From: the human T2T-CHM13v2.0 reference genome, Homo sapiens
Strand: one strand, 5' to 3'
Assembly: GCF_009914755.1 (NCBI RefSeq)
Contig: NC_060925.1
DNA length: 64,000 nucleotides
Shown: one piece after another, positions 1 through 12,655 of the stretch
How the letters are laid out: the number at the start of each line of letters is the position of its first letter
Numbering within the stretch: position 1 is the first letter of the stretch
The notes under the pieces: generated by a model
Database searches by the model: none
What the model saw: the letters and a program-made list of their open reading frames with translations, nothing else
Told to the model about the DNA's origin: nothing
Program-made: the position numbers and the translations under genes

Positions 1-257
1 CGAGGCTCATCTAAGAACAGGGAGCCGTGGCTGTGTCTCCACAGGAACGCAAAGGTGCAACTCAGCGGCACTCAGTGGGCGCAGCTTCATTCTTAGACAC
101 AACCCATAGACAAAGTGCAGAAGACTTAAAACTGTGATGATATAAAAGTAATGCTGTGGCTCACAGAAACCTGGAGGAGGGGCAGAGGATATAGATTCCC
201 ACATCCCTCCCAGAGGCGGGGTGATAGGCTTTATCTAGAGCTGATGCATTAATAATA

Positions 258-393
258 AGAAATAAGGAAAGGAAGGAAGGAAGAAAAGAAGCAAGGAAGG
301 AAGAAAGGAAGGAAGGAAGAAAGGAAGGAAGGAAGAAAGGAAGGAAGGAAAGGAGGGAAGGAAAATAGATAGATAGATAGATAGATAGATAGA
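258..393. repeat. Compound STR: (GGAA/GAAA)n followed by (AGAT)~7
   Basis: Directly visible tetranucleotide runs. Confidence 0.9.
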
Positions 394-533
394 TTTAAAG
401 ATATTGAAAGTCCCAAAGGCAGCAACCAGAAGACCCAAAATAACAAAAATTAGGAAAAGGGAGAGGAGAGGTTGGAACAGTTTCAGGAGATGTGTCATTG
501 AAGAATTATATATTACCTCAAAAGTGCATGTAA

Positions 534-645
534 GCTGGGTACAGTGGCTCATGCCTGTAATCCCAGATACACAGGAGGCAGAGGTGAGAGGATCACTTGA
601 TGCTGGGAGTTTGAGACCAGCCTGGGCAACCTAGCAAGACTGCCT
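534..645 (+). mobile_element. Alu monomer (FLAM/AluJ-like)
   Basis: gctgggtacagtggctcatgcctgtaatcccag...gagtttgagaccagcctgggcaac. Confidence 0.8.
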
Positions 646-844
646 TTCTTTCTCTCTTTCTCCCTTCCTTTTCTTTCCTTCCTTCCTTTCTTCCTTCCTT
701 CCTTTCTTCCTTCCTTTCTTTCTTTCCTTCTTTCTTCTCTTTCTTTATACAGGGTCTCACTAAATTGTCTGGGCTGATCTCGAACTCCTGGGCTCAAGAG
801 ATCTGCTCCCCTCGGCCTCTCAAAGTGAGCCACTGTGCCCAACT
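646..844 (-). mobile_element. Alu monomer (749-844) with tail expanded into (TTCC/TTTC)n (646-745)
   Basis: acagggtctcac...cgaactcctgggctcaag...gagccactgtgccc; polypyrimidine tail. Confidence 0.75.
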
Positions 845-1454
845 GATCCTGTCTTTAATTAAACAAAGTGCATGTGGATGAGGCATCCACTCCCCACTAT
901 GCCCAAGTTTATCTGTGATACGAAAGCAGTTCTCCCCTCCCCACCTTCGAGTAAAACCGAGGCCCTAGGTTCTGTGTCACAGTTTTCCCTTCACTTGGAG
1001 TTCCCTGACCCACCATGGCATGGCTTAGCGGGAGAGGCACAGCTTTTGGCAAAGGCATTTTAGGCACTGATGGGAAATGACAAATGGTATGTGTGGCCTG
1101 AGGGACCCAGAAAATTGCTCTTAGTCCATCCTGCTGGTCCCGAAGGGAAACCCTAGTTGTTCCTTTTATCAGGGCTTTGGTTGGAAGAGGGGGTGTTCCT
1201 CCTCCCCAAATGGCCTCTGCCCCTGGGGAGGCTGACTGAGCCACAGGAAGCTTGCTTCTGAAGCAACTCAGAGTGAAGGGGTTCTGGTTCTTTCTTCACT
1301 GGCTCTCTTGGCGTCAGGAGGCCACCAGAAATGGGCACAGAGCTACCTGCTGCCAGCCTGTTCCCTCCAGTCCTTCCCTTCCAGACCTAGGCTCCCTTCT
1401 CCCTCCTGCCCTAACCCTGTGGTTGTTCCTCCAGCCCCCATCTTCATCTTAACC

Positions 1455-1625
1455 ACAGTTAGGTTTATCTGACTTGGCTGTATTTCAGAACCTTCTGGAG
1501 GAGTTTTTAAAAATACAGATTCTTAGGCCTTATCCCAAGAAATTCAGGTTGACTGTGCCTCGGTGGGACCTGGTTGTGAGCATTGTGTAAAAGCTCCTCA
1601 GCCGCTTCAAGCACACAGCTAGGTC
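1455..1625. mobile_element. MER5-type hAT-Charlie MITE, degraded
   Basis: ggagtttttaaaaatacagattcttaggcc...aagctcctcag resembles the MER5 core. Confidence 0.55.
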
Positions 1626-3279
1626 AGCGGAGCCCTGCCTTACCCCCAACCCTGCCTTCTTTCCCCACTTGCCTCCCAAATATGTGTTCTGTGTTTTCTG
1701 GCACACATGACATGACTTTGATTGGTAATTGATGATTTTCCACATCATCACTTTTAAAATCAGATACTCTCTGAAACGTCCCTCTGTCTGCCTACTGTTT
1801 CTACCTCGTCCATGAGGCCCATCATCTTTATCAGCAGTGTCACTGTAGAAGACTCATCCCTGTCTCCCAGAGCTGCTCCTAACCTCTTGAGGCTCTAGAA
1901 GGCAGCCCTGAGCTGGCAGAGAGTGCAGCTCTACATTTTTCTAGCCAATAGCAAAATGGTCACACTGGGGCCTGGCTCCATGTGCGTCTCGGTCTCAGCC
2001 CCAAGTCAAGCCCCTCTTCCTCTGAACAACTGGATTCTTCCAATCTTTTTTTGGGGAGACTCTCCACAGTCCCCAAGGTGAGAAGAAAGTATTGGTTATG
2101 TACATCAGCCAGAACCCCTAGCTTGTCCGCAGGCACTGTATTTCCTTACTGAGCTCATATTAAGCAGTGGAACTGATAATACCATCTCGGCCTGTGACTT
2201 CCACGCATGAAAATATGCACCAACGAACCTGCATTAAATGGTTGGGAAATCACCCCTCCTAACCATTCCACGGCATCCACTGTAGGAAAAAAGAAAAAAA
2301 AAAAAAAAAAGAAAAGCGGGAGACTGAACAAACAAGCTTTAGGATGAAGATGATAACCCCAAAACAAAATTCCAAGCACCAGTGAAGAAGAGGTTATTCT
2401 GAATTGGGGATAGTGTTGTCACTCTTCAAATTGCAGCCATTTCCTATGGGACACACTGAATGGAGAAGAAACTAAATGTGTGTGTGTTTGAATGACACAC
2501 CTGAGTTACAGTTTGCTAGTTATTTCTGCCTCCTCTGGCAAAGGACAAATAGAGGATTTTCTAGAGAAAAATGATGGAAGTCTGTAAAAACTCATTTGAA
2601 AGGTCAAGATTTTTTTTTTTTTTTGCAAATGACCTTGTTCAAAGAGCTTCAGGCATTTTGTCCTTTAGCAGTCCAGCCCAGGTCCAGGCTGGAGAGTGAG
2701 ATGGTGAAAAAAGTCAGAGGTCAAGAAAGACAGCCCAGTTAGAAACCCCTGATGCTGCTGGTGGGAACCACCTCTCAGCCTCACTCTAGCATGACTCCTG
2801 CCCAAAGGAAGATGAGAGTTTTAGCTTGGGATCAGGGGGCGGGCAACCAGAACCCCAAAGATCTGCTTACTCCCTGGAGCTTTAGCTAGAAGACATCAGT
2901 TTGAACTGACTGACATCTCCCCCCAGCCCCCTGGGTCTGCCCTGCAGCTTCCCAGGAAAGGAATCGCCCAATTAATGAACACCCCAGGCCACTGCCTGGA
3001 GGCTGGTGTCAACCTGCTGCTTCCCTGGGTCCAGAGACTTGTGACAGCTCTCTGGCTTTTCTCCTCCACTCCCAGCAGTACCGCCTCCAATTTTCTGTTC
3101 CCAAACATCACGCTTCTCAAAGTTCCATCATACAGAGAATGCTCTTTATTAGTTATATATTTTTCTGCTTATGAAAGTAATTTTTTGCCCACTATAAAAA
3201 TTCAAACAAGATAGTAGTGTGCAAATAAAAAAGCACGTCTAAATAATCTCATTTTCCTCAGATAATCCGCCTTAGCAGT

Positions 3280-3770
3280 TGGGTGTACACCCTTTCAGAT
3301 CTTTCTCTTAAGTGTGTACAAACAGCTTAATGTGCCAAGCTGTTTGTTTCCCCACACCTTTGACCATACTGTCTGCCCTGCTTCCTGGAATGCCCTTTCT
3401 TCTCTTTTGCCAGGCTGACTTCTGCACAGCCTTCTGAACTTAGCAAACTTTCTCTTTCTGTCGTCCCCCAGCCTGGAACAGGTACCTTCCCCTGGGCTCC
3501 TTGACCCCTTGCACAGCGCTGTCATAGCACCCAGCACAATGAGTGATCAACTCCTCTCTGTTTACCCATCTGTCTCCCCGACTAGAATATAGTATAGGTT
3601 AGTGGCCAAGAGGTGGGGGCCAAGGTGGACCCCAGTTCCCTCCCTAGGTGCCCCAGCCCCTCTGGCTCTGTCTGACTGTCCCATTCACTTTAGCATCCTC
3701 AGTGTCTAGCACACTGCCTAGCACATGGTTGGTGCTCAACAGGTATTTGTTGAATGAGTGAGTGAGTGAA
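3280..3770 (+). mobile_element. L2 3' fragment(s)
   Basis: Ends with gcctagcacatggttggtgctcaacaggtatttgttgaatgagtgagtg, the typical L2 3' terminus. Confidence 0.6.
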
Positions 3771-5989
3771 TAAGTTCTGGGTCACCACAGGTGTCCCCAC
3801 CATGGGGCTCTTATATACAGGTAGAGAGCTGCAGAGAGGGGCAACCACCCAAAAGCAGAAGAGCTCCATGTTGCTGAGCCCCAAAAGTTGCCAGTAACTT
3901 ACACTAGCTGTGTAACCTTGAGGGAAGTCCTCTCAGGATGCAATGAGAATAAGAATTTATAAAGTGAGGCTCCCTCCTACCTCCCACCGTGGCTACACTC
4001 CCACTCCCACTTAGGAGGCAAAGAGGCCCTTTCCTCAAGCCCAGTGAAACACTAAGAGCTCAGGTCTCTAATAAAGCTTGGCATGCTTGGCTCCCAGAGG
4101 CAGAACTCCAGACGTACCTGCTGTGTGACCTTAGGCAGGTGCCATAACCACTCTGAGCCTCCTCCTGCAACAGGAAAATTAGAATGCACTCAGTAATACC
4201 TATGTCACAGGTTAGGGAGGAAGACTAAATTGTGAACGTTGGAGGCTCTGTCAATTCCATAGCTGTTTGTTCTACCTCCCCCCAACCCCAGGCGGTTCAA
4301 AGTAAGATCAGGGTTCTAGAAACCTGGACTTTAGCTCTGCCCCTCAGCCCAGGAGACTATGGGTGCATCTGTGCTGTTTCCTCATCTGTAACATGGAGCC
4401 AGGAGTGTTGGACAAGATGGTTCCGAAGGCCCCTTCCAGCCTCTCACATTCGAAGTGCTCTGAAAAGTAAAATGTTCTGCAAAGTGCTCCAAGTCCTTGG
4501 GCTATCATTTGGTTGTGAGAAAATAGGCTCTGCCAGTGGCCAGCTCTCTCGCACCATAGCCCCTGCCAGTCAGAACTGGGAACACGGAGACTGGCAGGCC
4601 ACCAGCTGGAACACCCCTGACCCTGGATTTCTGTGTTGGGGACTGTGACACTACCTGATGCTGCTCCTTCCCAGTCCCCAGCAAGGGACAGATGTGAGGA
4701 CAGTTTGTGTTGTGCGTCTTTTGACTTTTTTGGAATGTGATTTTGCTTTTGGGCAGTGTGGGGTCTAGTTGGGGAGGGAACACTGATGGGTGACCCTGAT
4801 GTGGGGAGTACTCATTGAGCACTGCAGTCTGCAGGGGCTCTTGAGGGCTGGGGTTGAGCTGGGCTTTGAAAGGTGCTTATGATTTGGGTATGTTAGAGGG
4901 AGGGTGTGTTGTGGGGGGGTTGAGAGTTGGGTGTCCGAGGGCCAGTGGCAAGGCCAGGCTGGCTGAGGCTGAGTAGGCAGTGTCTATTCAACAGAGCAGG
5001 CATTGGATCGATCAAGCACTCCTCTTCTGGAGACTACCGGATACCACACAGAGGGGGGACAATGGTTGAAGACACCTTTATCTGGTGTCTCAAAGCTGAA
5101 CTTATGGTAGAAACATAGTGATTATTCAAAGTGAGGGTTTTACACTAGGGGCCTCCACATGGCTTGTCTCATTCATCCTCATAGGGAGGCAGGGATTATG
5201 AGCCCCACTTTATAAATGAAAATCCTGGGGCCCAGGAATGCCAGTCGCCTGCCCCAGATCACAGGCCTAGTTAGCAGCAGAGCCAGAATCCCCAGCCCAG
5301 GACTCTGCACTTGAAGTTCTGAATACGAGGGTGTCTGGAACTCCCAGGAGCTTCTCTGGGGTGAGGGTGGGTAGGCAGCAGGCTTGCACAGAGACTGATT
5401 GAATCTAGAGGTTAGGGCTACAGGACTGGGGTGGAGTCTCCCCTGTATGGGGTGAAGAAGCAGTAGGGGAGAGTTTGCTGCTCTTCTTCGGGCTGGGGGA
5501 GGCTCAGGAGCCTTGAGCTGGGCTATCAAGTTCAGGGCTGGAGTGACTCCTGAGAAAGGGAGGCAGAGATGAGAGGGGCAACTGGACAGGCTAACAGATC
5601 CTCACTCAGGCTGGAGGTCAGCCACCACCTGCCCTTCTCCCCCCTTGATCCAGCAGCTAGACTTCTTCATCAACAAGAAAGCCAGTCTTTGCTGGTTTGG
5701 GGCCTGGGACCACGTGAAACATCGTGTCACTGAAGAAGCTGGGGCCAGGCCAGGCTGTGTCATTTCTTTTCTTCTCTGGGACTTTCCTACCCCTCCCTCC
5801 TCTGGCTTCCTGCTGTTCTGGGCCCAGAGCTGGGGGATGGTGGGAGAGAGTTTCACTCTCTTCAGTGGCCAGATCCAAGGTCCTGACCCTGCCTCTCCAT
5901 CTGCCTCCTGTCTGATGTAGGCAGGATCTGTCCTCCTTGCAGGATCCATCTACCAAAAGACCAAATACCTTTGGTCTTTTGGGAAGGTG

Positions 5990-6155
5990 GTCCGGGAGCA
6001 GTGTTCCTGGACTGTCAGCATCCTCTGGGGAGCTTGTGAAGAATGGGCTGGCTGGACCTCATTCCAGGTTGAATGTTGGGGAATGGAACCCAGGAATCCA
6101 CATTCTCACAAGCTCCCCCAGGAGTTCTTAGGAACAGTAAAGCCTAGATCCACCA
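5990..6155. mobile_element. MER5A-like MITE
   Basis: cagcatcctctggggagcttgtgaagaat...cccaggaatccacattctcacaagctccccca. Confidence 0.5.
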
Positions 6156-7689
6156 CATGAGATCATCTCTCCATCCCCTGGCTGGGGAGAGACTGCTCTC
6201 CCAGGATGCCAGGAGGGAGTGTGGGTTGGTGGCAGTAAGATAAGACTGGTTGAATGAGCAGAGTTTCAGAAACAGGCGGGAAGGCATTCCCCTGGCTGGA
6301 TGCCCTTGAAGCAGAAAATTGCTTTCTTACCTCCTGGTCAGCCACTCCCATGCCACCCCCACCTCAGACTTCTTCACACGAGAGCCCTCTCCCTCTGGCA
6401 GAGCCAACCAGGAACGCGGAGGTTCAGGTTCAAAGAGGAAATCCGAGGAAGGGCTTGGAGATGGGCCAAGGCGAGAGCGAAGGAAGTGATGAAAGATATT
6501 TTTAGGATTACTTCTTCCAAAAAAGGCTGAGGAGGCACCTTATCACCATCCAAGAACTGGGAGAGGCTTATTTATTAGAGTCTTGACCAAGCAACTGGAG
6601 ATTAAATGACAGCTGAAAGGACTCAGGTGAGAGGAGAGGAAGGGACCTGTGAGATACTGATATGGGTCCAGGAGGGAGCTGTGGACGCTCCCAGCCCGGT
6701 GTTTTTGGAGGACAGTTCGTTAGTTCATTCAGTTGCTCCTCAAAGGTGTTTTATTGTCTACTATGTGCCTGGCACTTGCTCAGTACAGGGAACAGAGCCA
6801 TGAACAAGGGACACCTGATTCCTCCTTCATGAGCTGAAGGTCAGGGAGAGTGTCCTGTCTGTCTGGAAAGCCTTATTCTTGTCCCTGTCCACAGGCAGAT
6901 ACCTGGGTGGCATACACAGGTGTGGTTCTTGCTCAAACAGCCTGGCATGGCTTGGATCCCCAAGGGGAATTGGGAGGTGGGATAAGCCTCTGCCAGCGTT
7001 CCTGGGTGGGAGTGGGAAGTTGTGCCTGGCAGGCTGGATGCCCTTCTGTGGAGTCACTCTCCTTCCTGTGGGTGCCCCCTCCCCTGCCAACTGCCTCTCA
7101 CTTTGTGCAGGGACATATCTAGAAGGCCAACTGCAGCCAGCTCTCAAGGATGTCACCTCCCTTCCACAGCAGCCTCCTATGTGACTAAAAGGCTGTGAGA
7201 CAGCCATGCTGAGCAGCCCAGGCTGCCACCCAAGCTCTGACGTCCTGCTGGGGAAAGCTCCATTTCAGAGCGGGTGCCCCAGCCTGGCTTGCCAGGCCTG
7301 CAAGGAACCCTCCTCAACCCCGTGGCTGCTGGAGCTGCCTCGGCCCTGCTTTTCCCCGGCTGGACATCTGGTTTTCAGATGCCTCTTTTCATCACTGGGG
7401 TCCTCAGCTCACTTCAGGTGCCTCTCGGAGAGCCTGGTGGGGGTCAGGGAATTGTTTCTGCTTTGCCGTCTGTCTCTCAATATATCTGCCATCCCACTAT
7501 TTATTTTTTGAGGGTTTCTATAGCCCAGCATTTCCAAGGGGGTAAGAGGAGCGCAGGAGAAGCCTCTGCTGCAGCCTCTCAGGGTGACCTGGATTTGTAC
7601 ATATGGCGCAATGATTCAAGCCCCAAATGATTCATTCTTTCAAGCCCCAAACCACAGGGAAATGGGAGTAGAACCCCGGGCACCCCAGG

Positions 7690-8000
7690 TCTGTGTCTGA
7701 CTCCCATTCCTGAGTCACTGGTGACCTCTGGTAAGTTCCAGAACCTCTCCGGATTCTCCCTCTGTAAAATGGGAGGGTGATTTCTGTGATTCCCAGAACC
7801 AAGACAGGATGAGTAAAGGGGCGGGTGGGAATGATGGACTGGTTCACTGAGCACCTGTTATGTGCTGGGAGCGGTGCTGAGTACTTTATACAGTGGATCT
7901 CATTTAATCTTCTTAGCAGCCCTATGCAGTAGCACTGTTATTATTTCTACTTTATAGAAGAGGAAACTGAGGGGAGGGGAAATGAGTAACTTGCCCAGCA
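7690..8000. mobile_element. MIR fragments (two, opposite orientation)
   Basis: MIR cores ctctgtaaaatggga and tttatagaagaggaaactgagg...aacttgccca. Confidence 0.55.
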
Positions 8001-11000
8001 GTGAGTTGGAGTCGGCTCCCGGACTGTTGGACCAGGCTCCTTACTGGCAGTGACCAGGAGAGAGGAAGGGCAGGCAGGGGATTGTGGCCAGCGGCTCCCA
8101 GGCCCCAGGGTTGCCGCTGGAAGTTCCCGGGCCCAGAGATGCCACCTCTTCCCTCAGGCCTGGAAACAGGACCCTCATGTCCTCTGCCGCCCAGCGCTTG
8201 CTACAGAGTGGCCAACGGTTGCCTGCCAGAAAACACCTCTGTTTCTTCTCTCGCCCCAAACCGAAGTCTGTAACATCCCCTCCACATAACCATGCTCACA
8301 CACCTCAGCTCCACACAACCCCTTTGCTGTTTTCAGAGCATTCTCCCGCTCCGTCTTTCAATGCTGTTCTTCCCATTTGCCAGATGAGGGGACTGAGGCC
8401 TGGGTTGGTTCAGAGACTCACCCAAGGCCACATGGTTGGTGGACTTTCATCCCAGCCTGCCCTTCACCAAACTGAGGTGTCCATATGGAAGGCCATGAAA
8501 GATTCTCAACCCTTCTCCCAGGGCCTTTCATGACCTAACACCCCTTGAGTCAGAATTCTGAGGACTCCAGGATGAGGCACAGCCCATACTTGCTAAATTC
8601 ATTCAGTCATTCATTTATTCAGTCATATTTATCTGCCATGTTTAGGAGTTGTGTCAGAGGTTTTCGGCACGAAAATGCCTAGAGCTCAGAGGCTGGGATG
8701 AGGAAAGCAGAAAGTGAGTAGGCCGTTAAAATACCAGATGTGAGTGCTGAGGAGGAACACCTCAATTTGGGAGGCAAGGATGGCTTCCTAGAGGAGATGA
8801 TGAGGTGAAGTCTAGGCTGAGACCTGAAAGATGAATAAAACTGGTCCCTGAAAATTAGGCAGGGAGTGGGAAGGAGGGATGTTTGGGGCACAGCAAACAG
8901 CATTCGTGAAGCCCTGATTGCAGGGGAGCTCAGCACACCTGCTGCTGCTTACTCAGCTCCAGTCCAGGCTTCCTCGCCATTGATCTTTGCATCTCCCAAC
9001 TACTTGTGACCCCCGCCCACCCAATGGGCAATGGGCACATCCCCTCCAATGGGCAAACCATGGTGTGGGCATCATGGCATCTGCTCTGTCCACTGCCTTG
9101 GCACAGAGATGCCTCATCTGAATGTGGATCATCTCCTTCCGGGGGTAACTGGAGAAGAAGCAGCAGGTGAGGCGGCAGGTACAGTAGCGAGGAACATCCT
9201 GCTATTGGCTCTGTCCTGGAGACCGGCAGAAAGCCTTTGTCCCAGCGGCCTATAATGGGTTTCAGGAGAGAGCTTCAATATTTGCTGCAAACAGAAGCAC
9301 AAAGGATGTGGAGGGCTATTGTGGGTTCTCTAAAGAGGAGCTAATCCTCCGGCAAGCAGCCCAGCCAGAAGGGGTTCAAGTGCTGGGTAGGCCAGCCACT
9401 GGGGGTGTTGTCATTTACGAGCAACTGCAGGAGATAATAGCGCCCAGGGAGACAACCTCTACACAGGTGGAGGGAGGTAGTGAGAGACACTCCCCACAGG
9501 AGGGCGGGTGAAGGGGGACAGCACCTGTCCTGAAAGCTCGGGAGCACAGGTGATGTTCCCCATACCCCCACGCACCCCAAGCCCCACGGCTGGGCCACCG
9601 CTCTCTCCAGGCCTGGCCTGTCTTGGCAGCTGTTCCTTCACTGGGGGTCATTTGTGTCTGGGGGTGGGAATGGGGGTAGGGGTCAGCCAGGGCTCTCAGG
9701 CCTCTCTCCCCTCTCCCTCCCTCTGGCTTTCTCTCCTGGCCTCTTTTTGGTCCACTGCACACAGACAAGTCATTTCTTGGCTCCAGGGGGCCAAGGAGAG
9801 GGAAACGTTATATTTGCATATCATTAGCATAAAGAGATTGTATTTGCATGACATCTATTTTCAGCTCCTCCCGCCTCCAAATCTGCCCCATCATCTCTAA
9901 ATATGCTACATAAATGTCTTGTCCAGTCACCAGCACAAGGGAGTTGTGAGGGGTGGAGGGCTGTTGGGAAAGGGGTTTTCTTGTGGTCAGAGTGGAGTGA
10001 AGTAGAGCCCAAGGGAGAAATTGCAATCCCAGGAGTGGGAGAGATTGGAAAACTCAACTCTTCAAGCTTTGTGTTAGCACAAGGAGCTCGGTCAGGATCC
10101 CTCACTTTCAGACACCTCCAGGGGTGCAAAATGATGGGTTTGGAAAGAAGAGGGAGAAATGTGATTATTTACATAAATTTACATAATTTAATGTAATTCG
10201 CATGGGCAGAATTACTCAGTTTTTCAGACAGTTTTTAATTCAATCTTTTTGTTGCCTAAAGGCTTCTTCTTTCTTTGAGTTTTGTTTCCTTTGCTTCTGG
10301 TCAGCTTCCTAAGACGCAGATCTGCCTCCTCTCCAGGAGGGAGAAGTGGACTGGGTAGCAGCATGGTGCAGGGGGTGGGGAGGTGAAAATGGGCAGTGTA
10401 GACAGCTGAGGTCTCTGCCAGGTCCTGGCAATTCCACCTCCCTCCTCCACCATTCCACCCAGGATGCCCCAAAGATCCTCAGGTCCGGCATGTTCTCCTT
10501 AAGCCCACCCTGTGGGCTCTAATTTCCACTCACAGATGTGTGGGAGTGGAGCAGGGATGAGGGTGGTTTATCTGTTCATTTCTCATAGGGCAGCCAAAGC
10601 CACCCAGAAAGCCTGACTCTCAGGCCACATTTTGGCAGAGACCGACCTGCATCTAGAAATCAAAAGCCTTGCCCCCGAGGACAAGACACTGTCTTAAGAA
10701 GCATCCTCCGAGCCTCTCAACAGACACCCTGCCCCAAGCAGTTGCGAAGGGCCCCTCTTCTTCCAGGTTATGGGCCTTCTCTTTCCTTGGGTGGGAAGAG
10801 AAGGGGGAAGAAAACTGATCCTTCTCATAACAGAAGCCTGGAAGTCTACTTAGTGATTTCCATTGACAGCCAATTATGATTGTGTATAAGATAAAGGAGG
10901 CTGGATTCAGCTGAAGCTAAGCTGAAGGGAAACACCTGCAAGAGCCATTTGCTGGCTGAATACCTTTTTCTGCTCCCAGCCTACTTCTACCTTCTCTAGC

Positions 11001-11099
11001 CCCTTCTTTTTCACTCTTCTCTCTTGTCTCCTAAACAAGTTTTTTGGAAAACATTGTTATAATAATTATTAGCAGGCTCTAATGTTATTTCAATAATTC

Positions 11100-11600
11100 A
11101 TAATTGTTCCAAAACAGACCTCAGATCACATCGCTCTACTACCTGGAAAGCTTCAGTGGCTGCCTCCATGCCTGTCCCGGTCTGTCAGGGCCTGTATAGT
11201 GTGGACGCACCTTCCTCTCACTGCACCTCTTACCTCTGTCTCCCTTTCTTGGGACTCTCCAGGTGCACAGGCCGCCTTCTGCTTAGAGAACTTTCCCAAC
11301 TCGTTCACACCTCAGCCCTTCCTCCCGGGTGTCTCGAAGGTCTACCAGCTCCTTGTCACTGCTCAGGGCTCAGCTCTGATGTCCCTTCCTCAGACAGGCC
11401 TTCCCCTACCTCCCAGCCTAGGTAGTCCCTTCCTGTGGATCAGACCCGTGCCCACCTTATTTACGTGATAACTTGTTTGTCCTATTTTTCACATGGACAG
11501 AGAACTCACCTGCTATCTCCATCTCTGTGTCTCCAGTACCTGGCAAAGCACCAAGAGCATGGTAGGTGCTCAAGCCAGATTTGCTGACTGGACAAGTGTG
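11100..11600 (+). mobile_element. L2 fragment
   Basis: cagatcacatcgctctac...tctccagtacctggcaaagcacc...taggtgctcaa. Confidence 0.5.
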
Positions 11601-12189
11601 GATGAGTAGGGGGTTCGTGACAGATGGTGGATTTTGGAGCCTGTTCTGACTGTGTTTTTTTCGCTCACTGGTGAATGGCCATGGGCAGATTTCTCAGCTC
11701 TCTGGGCCTCCATTTCTCCCTTGGGACCTGGATAATAATAACTTCTACACTGAAGGTTAATTTCAGCATTGTACATAAGTGTCTGGTGGTAATTGGCACT
11801 ATTAGGGACTCATTAAATCGTGATTATTAATACGAATAATGATACCTTTGTTTCACACTTACTCTGTACCAGGATCTGGTCCTGCCCTCAAATATTTAGT
11901 TTATTGGATGACACAGAGACCTGCCTGGCCTATTATGAAACAAGGGTGACTGTAGCTTAGAGGTATGAACAAAGCACCGTAGGAACAAAGAGGCAAGAGC
12001 AGTGAATGTACAACCTCTTCACGAGAATAGAGTTTTACGGTTTATATCCTATATGCACCTCTATAGTTCATTTGATTGCCCCCTAAACCTTTAAAGGAGG
12101 CAGGGCAGGCCTCAGTATCTACATTGTGTAATAGGAGAGCAGAGGTTCAAAGAGAAGACACCATGGGCTCAAGGTCTCACTGTAGCCCC

Positions 12190-12655
12190 TCGCTCTGCTT
12201 TATTCATCTTCCACAGCATTGAATCCTCTGGACACCTTGTGTAATTGCTGGAATGCAAGCTCTGTGACAGCCTGTTTTGTTCACTGCTCCATGCCCAGCC
12301 CCTAGAACAGTACTGGCACATAGTAAGCACTCAGTAAGTGTATGTGGAATGAATGAATGAAGGACAGAATTAGTGAGTGGCAGAGCTAGGCTCAAACTTC
12401 TCAAGCAGGAGGGAGAAAAGCTAGTTAAGGGGACCAGTTTCTGGAGCTGGGCTGTTTGGGCTTGGATCTCAGCTTTGCCGCATAATAACTGTGCAACTTG
12501 GACAAGTTACTTAACTTCTCTGCGCCCCACTTTCCTCATCTGCCTAATGGGAATGATAATAGAACACCTAGCTCATAAGAATATTGTGACAACTACCATG
12601 AGTTAACATTCATAAAGTGCTCAGAACATGTCTGGTACATAATATGCCTCAACAC
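12190..12655 (+). mobile_element. L2 3' end (to ~12362) followed by MIR (~12440-12655)
   Basis: ctggcacatagtaagcactcagtaagt...gaatgaatga; acttggacaagttacttaacttctctg...tttcctcatctg. Confidence 0.6.

Noticed and set aside
235-842. Hydrophobic or Lys/Arg/Glu-rich ORFs at the window start
   Set aside because: Translations of (TTCC)n/(GGAA)n STRs and Alu monomers
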